NCBI GenBank assembly: GCA_029262615.1
Contig: JAJCZD010000005.1
Span: 265,317-329,316 of the forward strand
Source: Candidatus Babelota bacterium
GTDB lineage: Bacteria > Babelota > Babeliae > Babelales > Vermiphilaceae
Direction: 5' to 3'
DNA length: 64,000 nucleotides
Shown here: positions 39,054 to 47,241 of the stretch, piece by piece
Position numbering within the stretch: the first letter of the stretch is position 1
How the letters are laid out: each line of letters begins with the position of its first letter
Program-made: the position numbers and the translations under genes
Notes under the pieces: model-generated
What the model was told of the DNA's origin: nothing
Databases searched by the model: none
What the model saw: only the letters and a program-made list of their open reading frames with translations

Positions 39054-39881
39054 TTATTCAAACCAAAATAAATTACTAAGATCTTGGGCCTGCAGTCTTT
39101 GGGCTACTAACTTATCATCATCTATTTGTTGTTTTTTATTTTTGTTCTCACCAATTTTTTGCTTTTTTCTAGGACGTACTTTTTGCTTGGAAGCTTTCTT
39201 TTGCAATTTTCGTTTTTTTCTACGTTCTTTTTTCTGGGCTCTTTTTTTTGCTTCTTTTAGAAGATTTGCTTGATTAGCTTTTTGATTTTTAATTTGATCA
39301 GAGAATTGTTTAACATAGCCAGATAAGGTGTTGGGTTCTGTAGAAAGGCTATTCCAGAATTCAAAATAAGCGCATGTAAGTGTGATTAAGCGTCCTTGAC
39401 CATTTGGCAAAAATAAGAAAAATTTTACCTTATCACCTTCGTTTTTATTTTCAAACCAGGAAAGCGGTAAATAATGAGGAAAAGCATGTATGCCTAAGTC
39501 ATGTTTATCCCATGCTAACGAGGGATGTCCTTGAGAATTCCAGTCATTTGGTGTGAAATAAGTTGCATTTGTATTCATTGCAGACACCTTAATGCATGGA
39601 GTAGCTTGATCAAGAAATTTTAAAGCTTTTATGGTTTCTTCTGGTGCCAGCAGGTGAGGATCGCCTATAATTTGAACTTTACCTTCTAACTGGATTAAAG
39701 GGTTTTCTCTTTTTGCCTTTTTAGATACAGGCTCAGGTAATTTCTGAATGGGTTTTCGTTTGTAGGTTATTTTTGTAGGTTCTTTTATGAAAAAACTTAT
39801 CTTCCTTTTTTTTCTTGCTGGTTCTTGGGCGAGTATGTGAAATATGTTAATCATTAAAAACAGAAAAAAATATTTTTTCAT
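39054..39881 (-). CDS. Secreted hypothetical protein with SV40-like NLS tracts (nucleomodulin candidate)
   Basis: Leader MKKYFFLFLMINIFHILA. ARKKRKI immediately after the leader. C-terminal KKRAQKKERRKKRKLQKKASKQKVRPRKKQK. Confidence 0.55.
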   Translation of the reverse strand: MKKYFFLFLMINIFHILAQEPARKKRKISFFIKEPTKITYKRKPIQKLPEPVSKKAKRENPLIQLEGKVQIIGDPHLLAPEETIKALKFLDQATPCIKVSAMNTNATYFTPNDWNSQGHPSLAWDKHDLGIHAFPHYLPLSWFENKNEGDKVKFFLFLPNGQGRLITLTCAYFEFWNSLSTEPNTLSGYVKQFSDQIKNQKANQANLLKEAKKRAQKKERRKKRKLQKKASKQKVRPRKKQKIGENKNKKQQIDDDKLVAQRLQAQDLSNLFWFE

Positions 39882-39959
39882 GGAAGTTTTTCCCTTAAAA
39901 GCTAATTATATTACTTTGTTTATTGTACCGATTTGTTTACAGAAAAGAAAAAAAGTTCT

Positions 39960-41060
39960 TTATAAGATAATTTTTTGTAATTTAGTCTTATCGATTTGTT
40001 TTAGCCTTTCTTGAATATCAGTTTGATTTAGCAGGCCAGTTTGGGTATCTAGATGTTCAATAACTGACGTGGCATTAATCATACCAGCAAACAATGCTGT
40101 TTCAATCGGTTTTTTTTGAGCAATATAGGCAGTAAAGGTTGATCCAAAGGCATCACCTGCGCCAATGGTACTTTCTATTTTTGTCTTTAAACTGGGGTAA
40201 TACAAAATGGTATTTTGATGAGCAACATATACGCCATCCGCCCCATTTGTGACTACTGCAATTTGTGGACCCGAGGCCAAGATTTGCTGAAAATAAGTTT
40301 TTAAATCAAAATATAAGCCATTCGTCATTGGTTTGGGTTGTAATAATTCTGGAAATTTATTTTGTTTATTCAATTGTATGGCTGTTATAGTTTGTTTTAA
40401 TTTTTCATTTTTTCGTATCATTTCTTGAAATAATAACTGTGCTTCATATCCATTTAAAATAAACAAATTAATATCAGCTAATGCTTCTTGTAAATACTGA
40501 GCACCCCCTTTTAGTTGGCTCGTGCCAGGATTACACGCCACAAGGGTATTTTTTTTTGCTTGTTTTACAATAGAAATCAAAAGGGGAGCAAGTGGCCCGC
40601 TCAAGGAAGTAATATATAATAATTCAGTTTTTCCAATGGCATTGTTAGGCAGTTCATTTTGTTTCAGGGTTAGATTGGCACCGCGGTAAACGAATGTTGT
40701 TCTCTCTCCCGAAGGGCAGGGAATAATTATAGAAGTCCCCGTATCTTTTGTTTTTGTTTTGCAAACGAGTGAAAGATTAACATGTTCTTTTTTTAATGTT
40801 TGCACAATATGCTGTGCAATATCATCATTGCCAGTTTTGAAAAAAGAACTCGTTTCAAAACCAAGACGTGCAAATGAAACAGCGCTGTTTGTTGCACCGC
40901 CTCCGATGTGTTTTGCTAAATCTTGGACTTCTATCTTGATTCCTTCTTGCAGGATCAAAAAGCATTTTTTCCCTTGTTTTGTATCTAATTTAATGCTCTC
41001 TGGTGTTGCGTGCAAGATAAAAATATCCTGCATCGCACTACCAATTGTTAGGATCTTCAT
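39960..41060 (-). CDS. PfkB-family carbohydrate/nucleoside kinase
   Basis: GGGATNSAVSFARLG N-terminal motif and GAGDAFGSTFTA C-terminal PfkB signature. ATGA overlap with the lon stop. Confidence 0.8.
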   Translation of the reverse strand: MKILTIGSAMQDIFILHATPESIKLDTKQGKKCFLILQEGIKIEVQDLAKHIGGGATNSAVSFARLGFETSSFFKTGNDDIAQHIVQTLKKEHVNLSLVCKTKTKDTGTSIIIPCPSGERTTFVYRGANLTLKQNELPNNAIGKTELLYITSLSGPLAPLLISIVKQAKKNTLVACNPGTSQLKGGAQYLQEALADINLFILNGYEAQLLFQEMIRKNEKLKQTITAIQLNKQNKFPELLQPKPMTNGLYFDLKTYFQQILASGPQIAVVTNGADGVYVAHQNTILYYPSLKTKIESTIGAGDAFGSTFTAYIAQKKPIETALFAGMINATSVIEHLDTQTGLLNQTDIQERLKQIDKTKLQKIIL

Positions 41061-43429
41061 GCAGTTGCTTTTCCAGATCCTTTTTTGTGTTTTAAAGGAA
41101 GTAGTACTCTCTTTAGCACCTCATCAGCATGGTTAACCCAGATAACATCAATATCTTTTGCTATATCTTCAATGCCAACAAGATCACTTTTGTTTTTTAG
41201 GGGTAAAATAACGTGTAGCATTTTATTACGCTTAGCGGCGAGTATTTTTTCTTTAACCCCACCAATTGGCATTACCTCACCTCGCAGATTCAACTCACCG
41301 GTCATCGCATATTTTGCATTTATTGGTCGTTGGGTCAATGCAGATAGGATTGAGGTGAGCATGGTTATGCCAGCCGATGGCCCATCTTTTGGAACCGCTC
41401 CGGCAGGAACATGAATGTGCAGATCATAATGAGTAAATGTCTTTTGTGGGATACCTAATTCATTAGCATGGGCACGAGCATAACTCATTGCTGCTTGTGC
41501 TGATTCTTTCATAACACTGCCAAGTTGGCCCGTGAGCGTGAGCTTTCCTTTGCCTTGCATTAAAATTGCTTCAATAGAAATCATTTGTCCACCAAATGGC
41601 GTCCATGCAAGACCGTTTGAAATACCTATTTGATCGTGGTGAATAGTTTCTTCCTCCAGGAACTTTCGTGGTCCTAAGTAGTGGTCCAAATTCTTGATCG
41701 AAAAGGTAACAGATTTATTATTCTCAACCAGTGAACGTGCTGTTTTTGAACAGAGTTTCTTTATGTAGCGTTCCAATTGGCGAACGCCCGATTCTTTGGT
41801 GTAATTAATAATAACATCATCTAATACTTTATCGCTGAGAATAACATCGGCATTTTTGAGTCCGGCATCATTAATTGCTTTACTAACTAAGTATTTTCTT
41901 GCAATTTGTAGCTTTTCTTCAATGGTATATCCGGAGAGTTCGATAATTTCCATACGGTCGCGTAATGGGCCAGAAATTGTGTCAATTGTATTTGCAGTAG
42001 CAACAAACATAACTTTAGACAAGTCAAATGGCACGCCCAAATAATTATCATAAAATGTTTTGTTTTGTTGTGGATCTAGAACTTCAAGCATTGCGGCCGA
42101 TGGATCACCACGAAAATCAGCACCAATTTTATCTAACTCATCGATTACAATTAATGGATTACATGATCCCGCTTTACGTATTGCTTGAATCAATCGCCCT
42201 GGCATAGCGCCAACATAGGTTCGGCGATGGCCACGGATCTCTGCTTCATCTTTTACCCCACCCAGTGAAAGGCGTGAATAATTTCTACCTAAACTTTTTG
42301 CGATCGATTTACCTAATGAAGTTTTTCCTGTCCCTGGAGGCCCTACAAAACATAAAATTGGAGTAAAGCAATCTTGCTTTAAGTTACGAATTGAAATGAA
42401 ATCTAAAATACGATCTTTAATATCCTTTAGACCAAAATGATCTTCATCTAAAATTTTTTTTGCATGCGAGATATCTAAATTATCTTCAGTGCATTTATTC
42501 CATGGCAGGGAGAAGATCCATTCAAGATAATTTCTGGTTACCGTTGCTTCCATAGAATCGGGTGCTGTACGCTCTAAGCGGCTTAATTGCCGTGTAACTT
42601 CTTTTTTAACCTCTTGGGCTAATGGCATTTTTTCTAGCTTCTTACGCATTTCTTCAATCTCTTGCACGTCATCTTCACCCAATTCTTTTTTTATGACACG
42701 CAGTTGTTCTCGGAGATAAAATTCTTTTTGTGACTTGTTCATAGATTCGCGAGCATCAGAACGTATTTTTTCTTGCATTTGAGAAACTTCCATTTCTTTA
42801 TTCAAATGCTCAAAAAGTATACGCAACATCCTTTGTTTACAGGCGCATTCAAGCAACTCTTGTGCTTCGTCTACAGATAAATTCAAATGAGATAAAATAA
42901 AATCGGCAATCTTATCAGGATCGTTCATTTTTGCTAATATTAAATGAAAATCCGGAGTAAATGCATTACCATTTACTGCCATTTTTTCTGTAACTGATTT
43001 TATATTTTTGATTAATGCTGCAGCTTCTTGTTTATTTTCTATTTCTATAGGTTCAATTTTTTCTATTGTCGCATGTAGCTGTTCGTTTTTAGTTACAATA
43101 TTTTTTGAGTGTGCTTTTGTTAGTCCTTGAATGAGAATTTTAACACCGCCCTCAGGAATTTTTATCAAACGCATGACCGAAGCAATGGTACCTACATTAT
43201 AAAGATCTTTTGTGCCGATTGCATCCTGGTTGTCTATTTGCTTTTTAGTTGCAAGTACAAAAACTAATTTAGAACCTTTAAGTGCTTCTTGAATTCCATT
43301 TATTATTTTTTCGTCAAGTACGAGTAATGGGACAATCATATGAGGAAATACCACGATATCCATTGTTGGAATCACTGGCAACATTTCTGGCATATTCTCA
43401 TGGATGTCCTGATTTAGTACCGCTTTCAT
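41057..43429 (-). CDS. lon: ATP-dependent Lon protease
   Basis: LON N-domain (LPVIPTMDIVVFPHMIVPL), AAA+ GPPGTGKTS, proteolytic DGPSAGITM with catalytic Ser and downstream Lys (GGVKEKILAAKR). Confidence 0.95.
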   Translation of the reverse strand: MKAVLNQDIHENMPEMLPVIPTMDIVVFPHMIVPLLVLDEKIINGIQEALKGSKLVFVLATKKQIDNQDAIGTKDLYNVGTIASVMRLIKIPEGGVKILIQGLTKAHSKNIVTKNEQLHATIEKIEPIEIENKQEAAALIKNIKSVTEKMAVNGNAFTPDFHLILAKMNDPDKIADFILSHLNLSVDEAQELLECACKQRMLRILFEHLNKEMEVSQMQEKIRSDARESMNKSQKEFYLREQLRVIKKELGEDDVQEIEEMRKKLEKMPLAQEVKKEVTRQLSRLERTAPDSMEATVTRNYLEWIFSLPWNKCTEDNLDISHAKKILDEDHFGLKDIKDRILDFISIRNLKQDCFTPILCFVGPPGTGKTSLGKSIAKSLGRNYSRLSLGGVKDEAEIRGHRRTYVGAMPGRLIQAIRKAGSCNPLIVIDELDKIGADFRGDPSAAMLEVLDPQQNKTFYDNYLGVPFDLSKVMFVATANTIDTISGPLRDRMEIIELSGYTIEEKLQIARKYLVSKAINDAGLKNADVILSDKVLDDVIINYTKESGVRQLERYIKKLCSKTARSLVENNKSVTFSIKNLDHYLGPRKFLEEETIHHDQIGISNGLAWTPFGGQMISIEAILMQGKGKLTLTGQLGSVMKESAQAAMSYARAHANELGIPQKTFTHYDLHIHVPAGAVPKDGPSAGITMLTSILSALTQRPINAKYAMTGELNLRGEVMPIGGVKEKILAAKRNKMLHVILPLKNKSDLVGIEDIAKDIDVIWVNHADEVLKRVLLPLKHKKGSGKATA

Positions 43430-43682
43430 TACGTCCCCCCGTTTTTGTTTGGTACGATTGTGCTAAACTATCAGTCGTAACAACTTTTGCTTTTCCCTTA
43501 TGCCAAGTCTAGAAGAAGTGATAGGAAAAAAACAATAAAAGGGTGTTAAAAGGGATTAACTTGTGGATGGCAGGGGAGTTTCCTTGAACCTCAAAGTGGA
43601 AAATAAATTAATTGATTCCATTATAAAGATATTTATATGAATAAATTATTCTAATTTAGTGATCTGTAGAAGGTATTGAGAA

Positions 43683-44351
43683 ATGAATAGAATCGAAGCG
43701 AATAACATATATAAAGAATTTTATGTCAAAAGCCAACATGAAAATGTGCTTAATGGTATTACGATCGATTTCCAACAAGGACAAACCTATGCCATTACCG
43801 GTGTCTCTGGTACCGGAAAATCAACTCTTTTACATATTCTAGCCGGCCTGGAGGAACCAACCTCTGGGCAAGTGTTGTTGGACGGTAAAAATATTTTTCA
43901 GTTTGATAATAAATCGCGAAATCATTTTTTAAATAAACAGGTGGGTTTATTATTTCAACAACCGTACCTAATTAAAGAACTTTCTGTTTTGGAAAATGTT
44001 ATGGTTCCTGGATTAATCGCACAAAAATCTTTCGAAGAATGCAAAAAAAGAGCAGGGCAATTATTACAACAGGTTGGTCTTGAGCATAAAAAAGAGCAAT
44101 TGCCAATGAGCTTGTCTGGTGGTCAACAACAACGAGTAGCCTTTGCACGTGCTTTGTTTAATAAACCAACTTTTTTACTCGCTGATGAACCGACTGGTAA
44201 TCTTGATATTACAACAGGTAAAAAAATGATTGAGTTGCTTCTGCAACTTGTTGTAGAAAATAATATGGGTTTGATTATTAGCAGCCATGATAAGTATGTA
44301 GCAGAGCAAATGGAACAAATTTTTGTTTTGCAAGATGGTATGTTGAAATAA
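43683..44351 (+). CDS. lolD: ABC transporter ATP-binding protein, LolD/MacB-type
   Basis: GVSGTGKST, LSGGQQQRVAFARAL, LLADEPTGNLD and SSHD H-loop. Confidence 0.85.
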   Translation: MNRIEANNIYKEFYVKSQHENVLNGITIDFQQGQTYAITGVSGTGKSTLLHILAGLEEPTSGQVLLDGKNIFQFDNKSRNHFLNKQVGLLFQQPYLIKELSVLENVMVPGLIAQKSFEECKKRAGQLLQQVGLEHKKEQLPMSLSGGQQQRVAFARALFNKPTFLLADEPTGNLDITTGKKMIELLLQLVVENNMGLIISSHDKYVAEQMEQIFVLQDGMLK

Positions 44352-44369
44352 AATTTTAGGAGAGCAGTG

Positions 44370-46121
44370 ATGAGAAAGTATTATTGGTTTATCTTTTTGG
44401 TCTTTAATTCTTTTATTTTCCCCATGATGAAAGCTCCAAAGGATCCCCACAGAGTATTAAATTTGGTGATTGATTTACATCAAGGAGGAAAAAATGAAGT
44501 GAAAGATTATGACCTTTCTCTTCATAATAAATTTGGTGCGGCATCACTTACCCTTGCTAATGCGATAGAAGATGAAATTCCAACTATAATTACCCCTAAT
44601 ATATTATATTTTTTATTTTTAATAAGTAGGCCTAATAAGGATTTAATTAAAGCTCTAGAGGAAGATGCTGCAACTGCCCAAACCAAATATGCACTCACCC
44701 TAGAAAGGATTGAAAAAGCAAAAAATGCAATTAACCAAATAAAAAGTCCAAAACTATGGCAAACCTATCGAACAAAAAATACAGAATTTCTTTTATTATT
44801 ACCCAAAAAATTTGGACAAAAGCATCTATTTACTATTGGTTTATCTAATGAGTTAACAAAAATTCCTGTATATAAAATAGAGCAGTTGGTAAAAGGAAAA
44901 ACATACAATCCCATTAACATTGAGACCTTAAATAAAATGATTGTAAATCCGAGTATAGCAAAGCGTATTTATTTAACTGGGCATGCAAGTTATTACCCTG
45001 AATGGCGCTCACCTGAAAAATCCTATGCGCAGTTAACCGCACCACAATATATCAGTTTTTTGCGGCATTTGGATAAAACAGGAGGGCAATTTTTGTATAT
45101 TTCTACTTGTTGGGCAGGTGGCCTTAATTTATTCAAGATGCATCATGAGCAGATTAAAGAATCAGCTAAAAATATTTTTTCAAAAGTATACGTTACTTAC
45201 CCCATTGTGGTTGGTGCACTAACGGAGGCACCAACTAAGGTAAGCTTTGAAGCAAAATTTAAACAATTTTTTGGTGAGCTAGATGATTTTTTTAACCGTA
45301 GAAAAAAAATTCTCCATTGGGTACGCAAACCATTTGAAAAAATTGTAAAGGCATTTGCAGAAAAATCATTATGGAACATTCCCTCAATTCGCTTTCCTGG
45401 CATTAATCAATTTTTCCAAGCAATACAAGTTGATGCCCAAGTTCAATTGATTACCTATCCGATATTGTTGGCTCATGAGCTAGCATTTAAAGCTAATAAA
45501 TTACCCACTCAAGCTTTTATCATTAAAGACAAAAAAGCTATTTTACTTTATCCCAGCATGGTACGCGTGCCAATAAAAATTGAAGGTACTGTGCCCTATA
45601 TGATTTCAATGATTCCTGGCAAAGCGCACCATTATATTCAAGAATTGGATGCGCACAATACTTCCCTTGATGAACTTGTACGTAAAATGTTTGCTGAACC
45701 AGTAATACTTTCAACAAAGGCTTTTTTTATACCAAAATTGCGATGTAAAAACTTTGAAGGCTCAGGGATTTTAGAAAAAGGTCTTTTTGAATTTCCTTTT
45801 GGCCCGGACAGTCCGTCTCAAGATCTAGAATTAAGTAATGTTACCATTTACGTTGAAAAAACACATTATTTTAATGTTCGTAGGCATAATCTTATTATCT
45901 ATTTTTATGTTGATGCCATAAAAAGTTATAAAAAATTTGGAATGACTAGTGTTGAAAATCTCCTGCCATATCCAGATATAACAATTGATGATGCTAAAAA
46001 AGAAATTAAAGCTAAGTTAGAAAAAACAAGACCTCAGCCTGCCCTTTTGACTGAAGCTTCGGGCGGTATTGAAAATGAGAGGCAATTTGAAAAATTAACA
46101 AAAAAATATCTTTCCTTATAA
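44370..46121 (+). CDS. Secreted hypothetical protein; possible clan-CD (legumain/caspase-like) cysteine peptidase fold
   Basis: AGGAGAG RBS. Leader MRKYYWFIFLVFNSFIFP-MM. Candidate His (RIYLTGHAS, nt 44982-44984) and Cys (FLYISTCWAGG, nt 45108-45110) are 42 aa apart, and each follows a hydrophobic strand. Confidence 0.55.
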   Translation: MRKYYWFIFLVFNSFIFPMMKAPKDPHRVLNLVIDLHQGGKNEVKDYDLSLHNKFGAASLTLANAIEDEIPTIITPNILYFLFLISRPNKDLIKALEEDAATAQTKYALTLERIEKAKNAINQIKSPKLWQTYRTKNTEFLLLLPKKFGQKHLFTIGLSNELTKIPVYKIEQLVKGKTYNPINIETLNKMIVNPSIAKRIYLTGHASYYPEWRSPEKSYAQLTAPQYISFLRHLDKTGGQFLYISTCWAGGLNLFKMHHEQIKESAKNIFSKVYVTYPIVVGALTEAPTKVSFEAKFKQFFGELDDFFNRRKKILHWVRKPFEKIVKAFAEKSLWNIPSIRFPGINQFFQAIQVDAQVQLITYPILLAHELAFKANKLPTQAFIIKDKKAILLYPSMVRVPIKIEGTVPYMISMIPGKAHHYIQELDAHNTSLDELVRKMFAEPVILSTKAFFIPKLRCKNFEGSGILEKGLFEFPFGPDSPSQDLELSNVTIYVEKTHYFNVRRHNLIIYFYVDAIKSYKKFGMTSVENLLPYPDITIDDAKKEIKAKLEKTRPQPALLTEASGGIENERQFEKLTKKYLSL

Positions 46122-46208
46122 AACCACTTGATTGTTAGTATTCATGATGAATATATAGTACAGCAAATGGACCAAGTTTTCGTTTTGCAAAATGGTTTAT
46201 TAAAATAA
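46122..46208 (+). pseudogene. Remnant of an ABC ATPase (lolD-like) 3' end
   Basis: Translates as NHLIVSIHDEYIVQQMDQVFVLQNGLLK*, which aligns with the last 28 aa of the 43683-44351 product (MGLIISSHDKYVAEQMEQIFVLQDGMLK*). About 70% nt identity, continuing ~10 nt past the stop. No upstream ABC domains. Confidence 0.7.
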
Positions 46209-46251
46209 AATAGGAATCTATTTCTTTTTACTAACTTTTTTTCTTATTAGG

Positions 46252-46265
46252 GTACCAAAATTGCA
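46252..46265 (+). repeat. Direct repeat copy 1 (GTACCAAAATTGCA, preceded by CTTATT)
   Basis: Exact 14-mer shared with 47105-47118. Both copies lie in the intergenic regions flanking the WD40-like gene. Confidence 0.8.
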
Positions 46266-46284
46266 TACTCAATCTGATCATTGT

Positions 46285-46338
46285 CAAGAAAGTTAATAAT
46301 GTGTTTAGGTACCCCTAAACACATTATTAACTTTCTTG
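46285..46338. repeat. Perfect 25-bp inverted repeat with 4-nt loop
   Basis: CAAGAAAGTTAATAATGTGTTTAGG (46285-46309), loop TACC, CCTAAACACATTATTAACTTTCTTG (46314-46338). Lies between the convergent 3' ends. Confidence 0.9.
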
Positions 46339-46380
46339 CATAATCTATAACACAATTACATCGTTGGGCCATTTTGCCTC

Positions 46381-47067
46381 TTAGTCTTTTACAGCAAGGA
46401 TAGAGCCATCAAAGCTATACACAACTACATCGCCATTGATCAATCCTACAGCAAGGTAATCGGTACCCCTTAATTGTAACCACGCAACACCACGTGCTCC
46501 TGAACCAGAATCTACCGTATCTAGTTGAGTAAGGCTAGAGCCATTAAAGCTATACACAACTACATCGCCATTTTGCCCTCCGACTGCAAGGTAATTGATA
46601 CCCCCTGACTTCAGCCACGCAACACTATTTGCTCTGGCACCAAAATCTACCGTATCTAGTTGAGTAAGGCTAGAGCCATCAAAGTAATACACAACTACAT
46701 CGCCATTTTGCCCTCCGACTGCAAGGTAATTGATACCCCCTGACTTCAGCCACGCAACACCACGTGCTCTGGCACCAAAATCTACCGTATCTTTTACAGT
46801 AAGGATAGAGCCATCAAAGCTATACACAACTACATCGCCATTGTTCCCTCCGACTGCAAGGTAATCGATACCCCCTGATTTCAGCCACGCAACATTTTCG
46901 GCATCAAAATTTACCGTTTTAAAAGCTTTCAAGGTGGTTGGAATCTGTTTTAATTTTGCTTTGTTGAGCGCTTTTATAAGTAAATCTTCGATGTCAGGTG
47001 CATCCATTGCCGCAGTGTAACTAGAAATAATGGTTATTATGCTAAAAACGATACCTTTAATCTTCAT
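46381..47067 (-). CDS. Secreted WD40-like beta-propeller repeat protein (4-5 blades of 42 aa)
   Basis: Leader MKIKGIVFSIITIISSYTAA-M. Repeats VAWLKSGGI(D/N)YLAVGG(N/Q)NGDVVVY(S/Y)F(D/N)GS(I/S)LT...DTVDFGARA. Confidence 0.75.
   Translation of the reverse strand: MKIKGIVFSIITIISSYTAAMDAPDIEDLLIKALNKAKLKQIPTTLKAFKTVNFDAENVAWLKSGGIDYLAVGGNNGDVVVYSFDGSILTVKDTVDFGARARGVAWLKSGGINYLAVGGQNGDVVVYYFDGSSLTQLDTVDFGARANSVAWLKSGGINYLAVGGQNGDVVVYSFNGSSLTQLDTVDSGSGARGVAWLQLRGTDYLAVGLINGDVVVYSFDGSILAVKD
46384..46905. repeat. ~4 tandem copies of a 126-bp coding repeat
   Basis: For example, GGTAATTGATACCCCCTGACTTCAGCCACGCAACA recurs at ~46599 and ~46725. The central copies differ at only a few positions. Confidence 0.85.
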
Positions 47068-47104
47068 ATTTTCCTTTATTTTACGATAATTCCCTTATTT
47101 CAAA

Positions 47105-47118
47105 GTACCAAAATTGCA
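47105..47118 (+). repeat. Direct repeat copy 2 (GTACCAAAATTGCA, preceded by CTTATT)
   Basis: Exact match to 46252-46265. Located ~125 nt upstream of the murJ ATG. Confidence 0.8.
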
Positions 47119-47241
47119 CAGACAAAAGCAATAATTCAAATAGGAGTAAAAATTGATAAAATTACTTAAAGAAGGGGATTTTTCCCAAATTTTGTATTTT
47201 AGCCTATACTGATAGCTCTTAGAGCACAAAAGGGCATTCAA

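Noticed and set aside
43430-43682. 253-nt lon/lolD divergent intergenic region examined for a heat-shock promoter (sigma32), a CIRCE operator or a structured ncRNA (SRP, 6S, RNase P). The clpB upstream region 20588-20643 was checked in the same way.
   Set aside because: There is no TTAGCACTC-N9-GAGTGCTAA element and no convincing TTGAAA/CCCCAT pair in the lon or clpB orientation. No conserved ncRNA motifs were recognisable by eye.
46384-46905. Regular 126-bp repeats considered as a possible CRISPR-like array or satellite.
   Set aside because: The units are contiguous with no unique spacers, are in frame, and encode a 42-aa blade motif inside a 228-aa ORF. This is a coding tandem repeat, not a CRISPR array. 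No CRISPR array or cas gene was seen anywhere in the window.
44351-47241. The lolD-murJ interval considered as an active mobile element.
   Set aside because: The repeats and the gene-end remnant indicate past insertion. However, no transposase, integrase, recombinase or terminal inverted repeats of an IS are present. I therefore report only footprints and do not annotate a mobile element.
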